A DNA stretch of 64,000 nucleotides, from IMG/VR virus record IMGVR_UViG_3300042934_000861, positions 17,705-81,704 of that record. One strand, written 5' to 3'. The stretch comes from a virus. Below the pieces are notes generated by a model that made no database searches, was not told where the DNA came from, and worked only from the letters and a program-made list of their open reading frames with translations. A program made the position numbers and the translations under genes. Positions 10,012 through 19,244 of this stretch are shown in pieces (position 1 is the first letter of the stretch; the number at the start of each line of letters is the position of its first letter).

Positions 10012-10274
10012 TGGCAAAACTAGTTAAAATATATGGTGGCGAGATAGAAAAGTACGAGCTAACGTTTCTAGGAGAGGTTTTTGACTTTTCGATGTTGCCG
10101 ACTGAATGCGGCAGCGAAAGCGATAAGCCAACATTTGATTCTCAAGTTGCGGATAAGTACCCAGAATTAGCTGAAGATGACAAATTGATGCAAATATTAG
10201 ATCGTCTTTCGAATGAGGATGATGCTGATGATATTTTGGGATTGCTTGATGAATTGGGCGGTTGGGAGGACTGA
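10011..10274 (+). CDS. acidic hypothetical protein
   Basis: SD and TAATG coupling. Confidence 0.6.
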   Translation: MAKLVKIYGGEIEKYELTFLGEVFDFSMLPTECGSESDKPTFDSQVADKYPELAEDDKLMQILDRLSNEDDADDILGLLDELGGWED

Positions 10275-10280
10275 GCAATA

Positions 10281-10325
10281 ATGCAAGGTTTAATATGGGA
10301 TAACCCAGAGCTATTAAGGTGTTAG
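10281..10325 (+). pseudogene. possible C-terminal remnant of a YopX-family gene
   Basis: Encodes MQGLIWDNPELLRC*, resembling the GNIxDNPELL C-terminus of YopX proteins. Confidence 0.45.
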
Positions 10326-10387
10326 TGCGTTTGATTATGAAACATATCGGATGAATAAATACAATGTGTTACATTGGGAGGAAGAGT

Positions 10388-12061
10388 ATGCTTCTTGAAA
10401 ATAAAGTGATTCATCTTTGTTGTGGTCTTGGCGCTGCAGCATATGGAATGCAGAAGTCAAAAGGGGAATACAAAGGTTCGGTAGGTAAGTTCAGGACATT
10501 AGTTGGAATCGACGTGGACCCGCTGGCTGTTCAAGACTTCCGAAGATTAACAGGTGCTCCGGCAGTACAAATGGATTTATTCAGTCGAAGGGATTATATC
10601 GACTTTCACGGGCATGTTCCTCCAGAAGGTTGGCGAGAAGTGGTACCTGAAGATATTTTTGAGGCTGCTGGCAGGGAGTATCCCAACACAGGTTTTATAT
10701 CCGCACCGTGCCAGGGGCTTTCGGCGTTATTGTCAATACAGGCAGCTTTGAGTAAAAAGTACCAAGCGCTAAATAATCTATCTATTCGATGTGTTCAATT
10801 AGCCCTTGAAGCATTTGAGTTTGATCCGATTGATATATTTCTGTTTGAGAACGTTCCGGGAATCCGAACCAGGGGCAAAAAACTACTTGAAGAAATACGA
10901 CGGTTGTTTAAGTACCACGGATATTTAACTGCTGACAAGAAGGATGAAATCTACAATTGTGGAGAGTTGGGTGGTCTTGGCCAAAACAGAAATCGATATT
11001 TATTCATGACACGCCATCCTAAAAAGGTACCAGCATTTGTTTATAAGCCGCCTAAATTACCATTAAAAACAATAGGGGATGTTATCGGTTCATTGCCTTC
11101 CCCAAATGACCCAGCAGGTGGTCCTATGCATCAACTGCCGAAACTGCAATGGAAAACATGGGTTAGGTTGGCTTTAATAAAAGCCGGTGGTGATTGGCGG
11201 GATTTAAGAGACATTAAGCCAGAACAATACCGGATTATGCATGTTCCGCGTAATAGCTCCTTCGGTGTAATGGACTGGAATAAGCCGAGTTCGACTATTA
11301 CTGGAAACGTTAGAACGGGTGGAAGTACATCAGCAGCTATCTCTGATCCGTGTATGTCTCTTTCTCGCGAGAATACGCATAAAGCTATTTATAAAGTCAG
11401 TCGATATGAGGAACCAGCCAATACCGTAACTGGAGCGCATGGACCAAACAACGGTGCAATAGTTATCCCTGACCCAATGCTAAAGTCATGCAAAGGGAAG
11501 CATCCTTCCGTATATAAGATTTGTCGAATCGATGAAACAAGCCCGTGTGTTACTGGTACAAAGTTTGGAAGCGGAGCGTTAGCAATAAGCGATCCGAGTC
11601 TTGGGTGCAAACCAAGGAATGGTACGTTAGGTGTTCAGGCTTGGAATGAGCCTGCAAAAACAGTGATTGCATCAAATGACATTCACGCAGGCACGTCTGC
11701 AGTGGCAGACCCACATATTCCGGCAGACGCTGAATCTGGAGTATATGTAATTATCGCAGAAGATGGATCGTGGCACCGGCCTTTGACTACGTTAGAATTA
11801 GCAGCATTACAAACAATCCCGTTATTTATGCCAGACGGAAGCCCCCTAGTGCTTGCTGGTAAATCAGATGCCCGTTGGAGAAAAGCGATAGGCAATGCAG
11901 TTCCTCCGGATGCAGCCGAGGCAATGGGAAATCAGGTTCTGGTTGCATGGATGGCAGGGAAGCTAGGCTGGGAATGGCAATTATCAAATCAAGAAATATG
12001 GGTAAAACCGAAAATTAAAGATGAATGGATAGATGAAAGTATAGGGGGTGCGCTGCAATGA
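10388..12061 (+). CDS. DNA (cytosine-5) methyltransferase with repeated target-recognition region
   Basis: HLCCGLG (I), SAPCQG (IV), FENVPG (VI), QNRNR (VIII), RPLTTLELAALQ (IX), IGNAVPP (X). Confidence 0.92.
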   Translation: MLLENKVIHLCCGLGAAAYGMQKSKGEYKGSVGKFRTLVGIDVDPLAVQDFRRLTGAPAVQMDLFSRRDYIDFHGHVPPEGWREVVPEDIFEAAGREYPNTGFISAPCQGLSALLSIQAALSKKYQALNNLSIRCVQLALEAFEFDPIDIFLFENVPGIRTRGKKLLEEIRRLFKYHGYLTADKKDEIYNCGELGGLGQNRNRYLFMTRHPKKVPAFVYKPPKLPLKTIGDVIGSLPSPNDPAGGPMHQLPKLQWKTWVRLALIKAGGDWRDLRDIKPEQYRIMHVPRNSSFGVMDWNKPSSTITGNVRTGGSTSAAISDPCMSLSRENTHKAIYKVSRYEEPANTVTGAHGPNNGAIVIPDPMLKSCKGKHPSVYKICRIDETSPCVTGTKFGSGALAISDPSLGCKPRNGTLGVQAWNEPAKTVIASNDIHAGTSAVADPHIPADAESGVYVIIAEDGSWHRPLTTLELAALQTIPLFMPDGSPLVLAGKSDARWRKAIGNAVPPDAAEAMGNQVLVAWMAGKLGWEWQLSNQEIWVKPKIKDEWIDESIGGALQ

Positions 12062-12324
12062 CGGATGAAGACAAAGAACTTAACCGCGAATTGCGAAAGC
12101 TTCAACGAAAGGCAAAGCGCCTTATTCTTAGTGATTTTTACGACAGTGTAAAGCTGTCAGATTTGCAATATGAAGTGTTGCGGAAGTTAACTAATGCAGA
12201 TACCCATAAAGACATTAACACTTACCTTTGGAACAGCGGCACAATTCAACTGGTGTTAAAACAGATTGAAGAACAGGTCAATGAAATGAAAAAGGCGGCT
12301 AGGAGGGATAACCCATATGACTAA
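12058..12324 (+). CDS. hypothetical protein
   Basis: GGGGGTG SD, ATGA overlap. Confidence 0.6.
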   Translation: MTDEDKELNRELRKLQRKAKRLILSDFYDSVKLSDLQYEVLRKLTNADTHKDINTYLWNSGTIQLVLKQIEEQVNEMKKAARRDNPYD

Positions 12325-12667
12325 CGACCTAATAAGCCAGATAGAGCAAGGTAAATATGCGTTAGTTCGGTCGCTGGCTGATGGATTAATTTGTGAGGCA
12401 TGGGATGAACAAGAAAAACTATTACACTTAGCCAAGTTAGGCCAGCAAAGGGACTGGATACCGGTAACGCCTGAGACTATGCCGGAGCCTGGAGAAAAGG
12501 TTCTTATTTTACACATGGGTATAGTATGTGAGGCAATTAACTCGCTGTATGAAGATCATAAAAGCTTTTATGTTGAACTAACGGATGAAATTGTGCCTTA
12601 TGAAAAAATATCGCTCTGGATGAAAAGACCGCCGATACCTGCACTACCGGAGCAAGGGGAGAGGTAA
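12317..12667 (+). CDS. DUF551-like phage protein
   Basis: WIPVTPETMPEPGEKVL...WMKRPPIP. Confidence 0.6.
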   Translation: MTNDLISQIEQGKYALVRSLADGLICEAWDEQEKLLHLAKLGQQRDWIPVTPETMPEPGEKVLILHMGIVCEAINSLYEDHKSFYVELTDEIVPYEKISLWMKRPPIPALPEQGER

Positions 12668-12670
12668 GGG

Positions 12671-12949
12671 ATGAACAGAGTGACTCACGTATGTTTATCA
12701 GTCCGTGGTGCGCTAAACTGGTCAAAGTCCGAAATGAGACGAATGGCATCGAGCATCACGGTAGATGGTAAACAGCTAAAATCAGCCGAGGAAGTGCGGA
12801 GCTTCCTTCTGGACGAATTGGCGCAAGGCCATGAAATGATTCCGATTGGAAAACAGGGTGTAGAGGGCATGAAATGGCGGGGGAGCGTGCGAAATGAAAG
12901 CTCTAACAATCTTGCAGCCGTGGGCAAGCCTTATTGCCTGCGGTGCTAA
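12671..12949 (+). CDS. hypothetical phage protein (possibly 3'-truncated)
   Basis: HVCLSVRGAL...LLDELAQGHEMIPIG, then reads into the next gene. Confidence 0.5.
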   Translation: MNRVTHVCLSVRGALNWSKSEMRRMASSITVDGKQLKSAEEVRSFLLDELAQGHEMIPIGKQGVEGMKWRGSVRNESSNNLAAVGKPYCLRC

Positions 12950-13346
12950 GAAGATAGAAACGCGGTCCTGGCCTACCAAGTATCGGGGGCCGATTGCAAT
13001 TCATGCGGCTAAGAAAAATCCTTGTAGGCTACCGCTTCTGGGAATGGAAAAGTTTGAGAAAGTGGCGAAAGAGGCCTTGGAAAAGGCGGGATTGACATGG
13101 TGTTTTCTTCCTACGGGGTGTGTAATCGCCATAGCTGAGCTTGTGGACTGCAGACCAGCAGAAAGTTATGTTTTTGGAGGAACATTACGAGATATCTCTG
13201 AGAATGAAATTATATTCGGTGACTATACTCCCGGCAGATACGCTTGGATACTGGAAAACATTCGCCCGATAGAGCCAGTGCCAGCCAAGGGCCAGCAAAG
13301 GCTCTGGGAGTGGCCAGTAGAAAAATGGAGGGATGATAATGGTTAA
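12894..13346 (+). CDS. ASCH domain protein
   Basis: MKALTILQPWASLIACGAKKIETRSW...YRGPIAIHA...KGQQRLW. Confidence 0.93.
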   Translation: MKALTILQPWASLIACGAKKIETRSWPTKYRGPIAIHAAKKNPCRLPLLGMEKFEKVAKEALEKAGLTWCFLPTGCVIAIAELVDCRPAESYVFGGTLRDISENEIIFGDYTPGRYAWILENIRPIEPVPAKGQQRLWEWPVEKWRDDNG

Positions 13347-13581
13347 AGCTATATTAGCGCTTGCAAGTAGTTTTTGCGGCCCATATTCTACCCTGGATTC
13401 ATTACAATTTACGGCGGCGATGCTTGCTCCAGCAATTAAAGAAGCATCTAAGCCAAATCAACCAGGCGTTGTCCGTTGTGCAACGTGCAATGCCCGGGGC
13501 GTTACGCTAAAGAAGGTTGCAACGAATAAATATCTCTGCAAGAAATGTTTGCCTAAGTGGTATGAGGAAGCTTATGAGTAA
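13339..13581 (+). CDS. small Zn-finger protein
   Basis: CATC...CKKC; GGAGGG SD. Confidence 0.55.
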   Translation: MVKAILALASSFCGPYSTLDSLQFTAAMLAPAIKEASKPNQPGVVRCATCNARGVTLKKVATNKYLCKKCLPKWYEEAYE

Positions 13582-13900
13582 TAAAAAGATTTATTTCCGT
13601 TTAAATCTCAAATGCGGACATAAATTGGGAAATTATTTCTCTAATGTATTACGAGAAATGAGTGATGTGAAAAACCATTGGAAGATGACTTGGAAACAGG
13701 ATTTGTTAAATGCAGCAAATTACATTGATAGCCAGGAACGCTATGTAGTTTTAGGGAAAATATTTCAGGCTGATTTAGACCGGTGCGCAAAATGGATGAG
13801 AGAGAGTTTTGATGATACATGGACTTGCGGAGATAACAGCTGTTCCGGTCATAAGTATTGTAAGGCCTATAAATCGGAATTTGAGGAGGGAGGGGATTAA
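13574..13900 (+). CDS. hypothetical protein
   Basis: ORF in operon, GAGG SD. Confidence 0.55.
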   Translation: MSNKKIYFRLNLKCGHKLGNYFSNVLREMSDVKNHWKMTWKQDLLNAANYIDSQERYVVLGKIFQADLDRCAKWMRESFDDTWTCGDNSCSGHKYCKAYKSEFEEGGD

Positions 13901-14412
13901 TGGCCGGTAAGCTATACGGCGCTGCAAGTGATTATGAAAAAAAGCTGAAGCGTGTTATGGAACGCTTGCAAGTAACAGAATATGACTGGAACTATGATCG
14001 TCATGGTGGACATGTAGATGTAATCTACAAAGGAGAGAAATACCGTTTTGAACATACGTTGACTAAGGCTGCGGAGAAGGGGCAGAAGCTCAACTTTGGT
14101 AGTGATGCATTTGCTCAGGTAGTGCTGGCTTTGGAGTCTTTAGCAAGGCTTAGTGAGCGCGGAATATACGATTTTGGTCAGTTATCTCAGGGTTTTAAGA
14201 TGCTGCCGGCTGCAATGGTTATTCCGGATTTTTTCAAAACATTGGGGTTTGAGCGGATTCCGAGATTAGAAGAGTGCAAAAATCAATTTAAAGAGCTCAT
14301 AAAAACCGCGCATCCTGATGTTGGCGGTAGTGCAGAGAATTTTAATAAGCTGACTGAGGCAAAAAGGTTGGCTGAAGATTATTTTAAGGGGGAAAAGAAT
14401 GAATTCAGTTAA
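13900..14412 (+). CDS. J-domain (DnaJ-like) protein
   Basis: C-terminal FKTLGF...KTAHPDVGGSAENFNKL with HPD motif. Confidence 0.85.
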   Translation: MAGKLYGAASDYEKKLKRVMERLQVTEYDWNYDRHGGHVDVIYKGEKYRFEHTLTKAAEKGQKLNFGSDAFAQVVLALESLARLSERGIYDFGQLSQGFKMLPAAMVIPDFFKTLGFERIPRLEECKNQFKELIKTAHPDVGGSAENFNKLTEAKRLAEDYFKGEKNEFS

Positions 14413-14812
14413 ACTTATAGGGCGTTTAGCGCAAGATCCTGAAGTGAGATATACCAAAACAGGTAAGGCAGTATGTTCATTTACCGTAGCAGTCTCTCGT
14501 AGTTTTGGAGCGCCTGGACAAGAACAACGGGAATCAACGGATTTTATCCCTGTTGTGGCATGGGGAAATTTAGCTGAGCATTGTGGCAATAACCTAGCTA
14601 AAGGACATAGGGTATTCGTAGAAGGGCGGCTGCAGGTGCGTTCGTATGAAACTACGGATGGGCAAAAGCGAAGAGTAACTGAGATAGTTGCAAACTTCGT
14701 AGCACAAAGTATGGAGTCGACCAGTAATGGTGGTGGATCATCGAACTCCAACAAGCCAGTTGATTTTGGCCAATTCGGGCGTGATGTGATCGACGAAGAA
14801 ATCCCGTTTTAG
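14399..14812 (+). CDS. ssb: single-stranded DNA-binding protein
   Basis: MNSVKLIGRLAQDPEVRYT...VEGRLQVRSYE...acidic DEEIPF tail. Confidence 0.97.
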   Translation: MNSVKLIGRLAQDPEVRYTKTGKAVCSFTVAVSRSFGAPGQEQRESTDFIPVVAWGNLAEHCGNNLAKGHRVFVEGRLQVRSYETTDGQKRRVTEIVANFVAQSMESTSNGGGSSNSNKPVDFGQFGRDVIDEEIPF

Positions 14813-14816
14813 GAGG

Positions 14817-15092
14817 ATGGCAATGGAAGAGAAAACAGTTCCAAGTCAGCATGCTCAGGCAGTGATTGAGAAAGCTATTTTGATTATGTATGGCCCGGGA
14901 GAAAGTCACGGATTATACGATATGGCTGAAAAGATACTAGGTGAAATGGGCGAGAAGTACAAACATAGTTTAACAAATGGATTATTTCGCCGTGGGTATC
15001 TGCAGCGTGATTATGCCGGTCAAAAAGTTAAGTTATCTTCAAGAGGGGAAAGGGCTTTAGCAATGATGGATAAGGTACACGCCGGGGAGTAG
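14817..15092 (+). CDS. hypothetical (winged-helix-like) protein
   Basis: AGGAGG SD; LFRRGYL...VKLSSRGE. Confidence 0.55.
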   Translation: MAMEEKTVPSQHAQAVIEKAILIMYGPGESHGLYDMAEKILGEMGEKYKHSLTNGLFRRGYLQRDYAGQKVKLSSRGERALAMMDKVHAGE

Positions 15093-15196
15093 TTTGTAAG
15101 TGTTGGTGGGGATGGTATTCAAGGAAGTTCCATCCCCTTATGATTGCTAAATTAAACAATTTAATTGCTGTAATAAGCAACGATGGAGGTGTGACA

Positions 15197-15883
15197 GTGA
15201 ATAATGATATAACGGTTGAACACCTGGTAAATGAAAACATTAGACTTCCTGCATATATAGTTGAAAAATACTGCTATATGCATCTTAGTTACTGTGAGTT
15301 TGAAGAGCTAGTCTCCGTAGGGAATATTGGATTGGTTAAAGCTGCAAAGCACTTTGACGTTTCAAAAGGTTTTAAGTTTAGTACATATGCGTGTTCAGCA
15401 ATACGCGGAGAGATTAGGAGGTTCTTGAGAGATTCAACAGACTCGTTAACATTCTCAAGGCCTACAAAAGAGCTTTATAATGTTATTCAAAAAAACGGAA
15501 TAGGTAATCTGGATGCTAATGAAATAGCTGGCAAAATGAAAGTGCCGGTAGAAAAAGTTAAAAAAGCTTTGGAATATGCAAAGTATCGCTATACATCATC
15601 TTTGAATGAAGTTGTTTATAGTAGCGGTGAGAGTATGCCGCTTACGTTAGGAGATTGTATTAAATCAGATGAAGATTTTGACTCACCATTATTACATTGC
15701 GATATAATGGCGCTTTTAAATGAACTTCAAAGAGCTGTTTTTGTTGGGTTGTATGAAAAACAAATGAAAAGACAAGATTTAGCTAAAGTGCTCGGCTTGA
15801 ATTGGCGCGTATATGAAAAAATTGTGCAACAGGTAAATGATAAATTAAAAGATTATTTTAGCCAAGACAGGCTTATTTCCTGA
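15197..15883 (+). CDS. sigma factor, sporulation SigF/SigG/SigB-like
   Basis: EELVSVGNIGLVKAAKHFDVSKGFKFSTYACSAIRGEIRRFLRD region 2; region 3 EIAGKMKVPVEKV; degenerate region 4. Confidence 0.9.
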   Translation: MNNDITVEHLVNENIRLPAYIVEKYCYMHLSYCEFEELVSVGNIGLVKAAKHFDVSKGFKFSTYACSAIRGEIRRFLRDSTDSLTFSRPTKELYNVIQKNGIGNLDANEIAGKMKVPVEKVKKALEYAKYRYTSSLNEVVYSSGESMPLTLGDCIKSDEDFDSPLLHCDIMALLNELQRAVFVGLYEKQMKRQDLAKVLGLNWRVYEKIVQQVNDKLKDYFSQDRLIS

Positions 15884-15903
15884 GTTGTGAGGTGATTGTA
15901 TAG

Positions 15904-16374
15904 GTGCTGCGTTTAACAGCGGCAGAAGCAAGAAAACTCGGTCTGATCGTAAATAAAAAAACTGGCCGCGCTAAGAAAAAAAGCACACGGCCAGAATCAA
16001 TAGTTAGATTAGAACCTGGTAAGCTCACTATCGTTATCTATGATGTGCCTCCGAGTTTAAATGTTTGGGATAAGTGGCACTACATGAAAAAAGCTGAGGT
16101 TAAGAAGCAGTGGGAAGAGTTGATAGGGGCCCTGCTGTCCGGTAAAAAAAGAATTAAAAGAGCGTTTGATAAGCCGATTGTACGGATAACGTTTTATTAC
16201 AATATTGATCGGGACCGGGACAAGGATAACATGGCTCCTAAGTGGATCATGGACGGACTGGTAAAGGCTGGCGTACTTAAAGATGATAACAGTAAAGAAG
16301 TGGATTTGGACTGGTGCGTGGATCCTGGTATATGGGAATGGTGTAGGACTGAAATTGTTGTTTGGGAGGGGTAG
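15904..16374 (+). CDS. RusA-like Holliday junction resolvase
   Basis: PPSLN...RDKDN...IMDGLVKAGVLKDDN. Confidence 0.85.
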   Translation: MLRLTAAEARKLGLIVNKKTGRAKKKSTRPESIVRLEPGKLTIVIYDVPPSLNVWDKWHYMKKAEVKKQWEELIGALLSGKKRIKRAFDKPIVRITFYYNIDRDRDKDNMAPKWIMDGLVKAGVLKDDNSKEVDLDWCVDPGIWEWCRTEIVVWEG

Positions 16375-16379
16375 AATTA

Positions 16380-17303
16380 ATGCCAAAAATAGATGATGTG
16401 TCCGGGCTCATCCGGGCGGTAGGAAACAGGGATTTTGATAAAGCCAAACAGTATGTGGAGGTTATGATCGCTAATGAGCGTAAGGGTGGAAGGGTTGGAG
16501 CAGCTACGCAACTGGAACACTCCCTTAGATCATGGGGAGATAATAACTCCAAGTTAATAGAACTGCCCCATAATATTAAATCGTCGCTATACCAACCGGC
16601 GGTAATTAAGGATATTTCCGAAGTGTGTATTGTAGATTCAGTTTTCCGGGCAGTGGATTCATTTCTTCATGAACGGAAAAACAGTGAAATATTGAAAAAT
16701 GCAGGATTATCGCCGCAAAACAGAATAATGCTTGCTGGTCCTCCTGGTAATGGTAAGACAACGTTAGCTGGAGCAATTGGAAAAGAATTAAACTTACCGT
16801 TTTATATACTAAAACTGTCGGAAGTCGTTAACTCGTATATGGGATCTACAAGTAAAAAGATAAGTGAGATATTTGATTATGCGTTAACAAACAGATGCGT
16901 CATATTGGTTGATGAAATAGATGCAATTGGGGGAACAAGGGACGGGAAAGAAGGGAGTGCGGGGCGCGAATATAACTTGATTGTGAATACCCTGCTTACT
17001 AATCTTGATAGATTGCCGGATACGTCGGTAGTAATTGGCGCTACAAACATGCCGGAATCTATAGATAGTGCATTGCTCCGTAGATTTAACATAAAGCTGT
17101 GGCTAGATAATCCGACTTTCGAGGCAATTGATGAGTATTTAACCGCATTCATGGATTCTCACGCGATTTGTTTTGAATATGATGCGCAGGCACTTGTTGG
17201 ACAACCTTGGTCGAGAATTGAAGAGTATTGCTTTCAACAACATAGGAGTGTTTTGCTCGGCTCTGCTGCTTTTGGCGGTGAGGCTTGGATTGGGAGGGCG
17301 TAA
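16380..17303 (+). CDS. AAA+ ATPase (IetA-like)
   Basis: GPPGNGKT, ILVDEIDAIG, IGATN...IDSALLRRF. Confidence 0.9.
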   Translation: MPKIDDVSGLIRAVGNRDFDKAKQYVEVMIANERKGGRVGAATQLEHSLRSWGDNNSKLIELPHNIKSSLYQPAVIKDISEVCIVDSVFRAVDSFLHERKNSEILKNAGLSPQNRIMLAGPPGNGKTTLAGAIGKELNLPFYILKLSEVVNSYMGSTSKKISEIFDYALTNRCVILVDEIDAIGGTRDGKEGSAGREYNLIVNTLLTNLDRLPDTSVVIGATNMPESIDSALLRRFNIKLWLDNPTFEAIDEYLTAFMDSHAICFEYDAQALVGQPWSRIEEYCFQQHRSVLLGSAAFGGEAWIGRA

Positions 17304-18055
17304 TGGGAAGATATCACGATGAGATTGCTGCAGACTTAGCTCAGTCTGTGGGGCCTACTCCCTTTCTAGGAGTGCCACTCGGTAGTGTATGGCTGGGGCA
17401 GTTAAGCAATAACACATCGCCCGGGCTGGCTGATGTGATAACTATTAAGCCATCGTACACGCGCTTTTGCCTCTCCATCTATGAGGTCAAGGTATCGCGA
17501 GCGGACTTCCTTGGCGATATCCGGAGCGAGAAGTGGCAGCGGTATCTGCCTCATTGTCACCGGTTTTATTTTGCAACGTTGCCCGATGTGGCAAGAAAAG
17601 AGGATATTCCACCTGAAGCTGGCTGGGTGGTTAAGGGGCCTAACAGCTGGACTTATAGAAAAGCTGCACCTGCAAGGGCTGTAGATATACCGGAGCATAC
17701 CATGTTGTCGTTATTGTTCGCTAAGGAGCGTGATCCGCGGGGATTGCATCTCAAGAAGCTTCGTGATGCTGATTGGGAAGCCACGAACCGGGGAAGGTTT
17801 ACCGATATTGGCAAGTTAGTTGGCAAAGAGGTTGCGAAAGCCTATGCTGACCGGCATGAGGTAAAAGATAAAATAATTAAATTGGATAACCAGATTTATG
17901 AAATGGACCAATATCTTGAGGCGATGAGGGAGGCTATACAGTTAGGCCTGGATATGCCGAAAAAGAAGTGGCTGTTTGTGTGGCATATTAAAGAGCGGCT
18001 GGAGCAGCTGAAGGCTGAGGCACTGAAATCAATCATTGACGGGGATGCATTATGA
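17303..18055 (+). CDS. MmcB-like PD-(D/E)XK nuclease-fold protein
   Basis: ADV...IYEVKVSRADFLGD...KWQRYLPHCHRFYFA...IPPEAG. Confidence 0.8.
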   Translation: MGRYHDEIAADLAQSVGPTPFLGVPLGSVWLGQLSNNTSPGLADVITIKPSYTRFCLSIYEVKVSRADFLGDIRSEKWQRYLPHCHRFYFATLPDVARKEDIPPEAGWVVKGPNSWTYRKAAPARAVDIPEHTMLSLLFAKERDPRGLHLKKLRDADWEATNRGRFTDIGKLVGKEVAKAYADRHEVKDKIIKLDNQIYEMDQYLEAMREAIQLGLDMPKKKWLFVWHIKERLEQLKAEALKSIIDGDAL

Positions 18056-18315
18056 ATGAATCAGTAAGAAGTGAATCGCCTCTTATAGCTATGATTGTTT
18101 CTACTAGTTTTCATCGCTGTTATGAATTTGTCTGTATCAATAAACTTAAACCGGCGAGTTTTAAAATAGCGTGCAGTGTCGATAAACTTAGAGGAATATC
18201 AAAAAAAACGCCAATTATCTTTCTTTATTCTCCATTTAGACACACTGAACAATATTTCGAGTTAATGTACTTTGTCGTGGAGCGATTTAAGAGGGTTAGA
18301 TTTATCGAATATTGA
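18052..18315 (+). CDS. hypothetical protein
   Basis: ATGA overlap, DKLRG motif. Confidence 0.5.
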   Translation: MNESVRSESPLIAMIVSTSFHRCYEFVCINKLKPASFKIACSVDKLRGISKKTPIIFLYSPFRHTEQYFELMYFVVERFKRVRFIEY

Positions 18316-18330
18316 TGTTGGCGATATGGA

Positions 18331-18576
18331 GTGTGGAACGATATGTCAGAACGTTGCCCTTACTGCGGATCGCTAATGACGGCCCCGCATCTTAAAAATT
18401 GCAAGCTGGTAAAGAGTAATCATCTTATAAAAGATAAGCCGACTTCGGCCATGATTGAATTTGCAAAAGACTTAATTCAGCAATTGGGTTATGACCAGGA
18501 AAGCTATAAAGTCAATGATATGAGCTATATAGAGTGCGCAAAGCTGCTGGATGAATTAAAAGAAGAGAGGGGTTAG
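18331..18576 (+). CDS. hypothetical protein (CPYC)
   Basis: ORF in operon. Confidence 0.55.
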   Translation: MWNDMSERCPYCGSLMTAPHLKNCKLVKSNHLIKDKPTSAMIEFAKDLIQQLGYDQESYKVNDMSYIECAKLLDELKEERG

Positions 18577-18580
18577 TAAT

Positions 18581-19243
18581 ATGGCTAAAAAACAATGCCC
18601 GAACTGCGGGATAACGTGGTTAGAACTTTCGGTTCCGGTAGAAGGGCAAAAGACTTCTTGTATGTGCGAGAAGACGTTTGTTTTCAAAAATGGGAATTGG
18701 TCTGAGGGATTTCCCTATTTTGAAGAGTATCAGCGACTTGCTGAACGAACTGCTAATAATGGGCAAGGTGCCATGCAAAGACTAGGAAATTTCGGTATGG
18801 GGATAGCAGGAGAAACAGCGGAGTTTATTGACGCAGTGGTAAATTTTGAAACTTCAGGTGAGCAGCATGCAGCGCTAATAAAAGAGGCCGGTGATGTGAG
18901 TTGGTATTGCGCAACACTCTGTACGACGGCAGGGATTAGTTATCAGGTGGTTGTAGAGGCGGCAGAAGAAGCTGAACCGGCTCTATTGTATGTGTGTATC
19001 GGGAGATTGAGTAAAGCAGCTGGTGATGTTACGGAATATCTAAAAAAGGTTGTATATCACGGGCATGAACTGGATCAGGCAAAGTTAGGAAATCTCATCG
19101 GTACTGTTTTGTCTTGGATGAAACTGTTTTGTAAGCGCTATAATCTCAATATGCAGGATATATGTGATACCAATATCGCTAAGTTGAAGCAGCGATATCC
19201 GGAAGGGTTTAATAGTGCCGGCAGCATTAATCGGATAGTTTAG
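18581..19243 (+). CDS. MazG-like nucleoside triphosphate pyrophosphohydrolase
   Basis: EYQRLAERT...GIAGETAE...KEAGDVSWY...NIAKLKQRYPEGF. Confidence 0.9.
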   Translation: MAKKQCPNCGITWLELSVPVEGQKTSCMCEKTFVFKNGNWSEGFPYFEEYQRLAERTANNGQGAMQRLGNFGMGIAGETAEFIDAVVNFETSGEQHAALIKEAGDVSWYCATLCTTAGISYQVVVEAAEEAEPALLYVCIGRLSKAAGDVTEYLKKVVYHGHELDQAKLGNLIGTVLSWMKLFCKRYNLNMQDICDTNIAKLKQRYPEGFNSAGSINRIV

Positions 19244-19244
19244 C

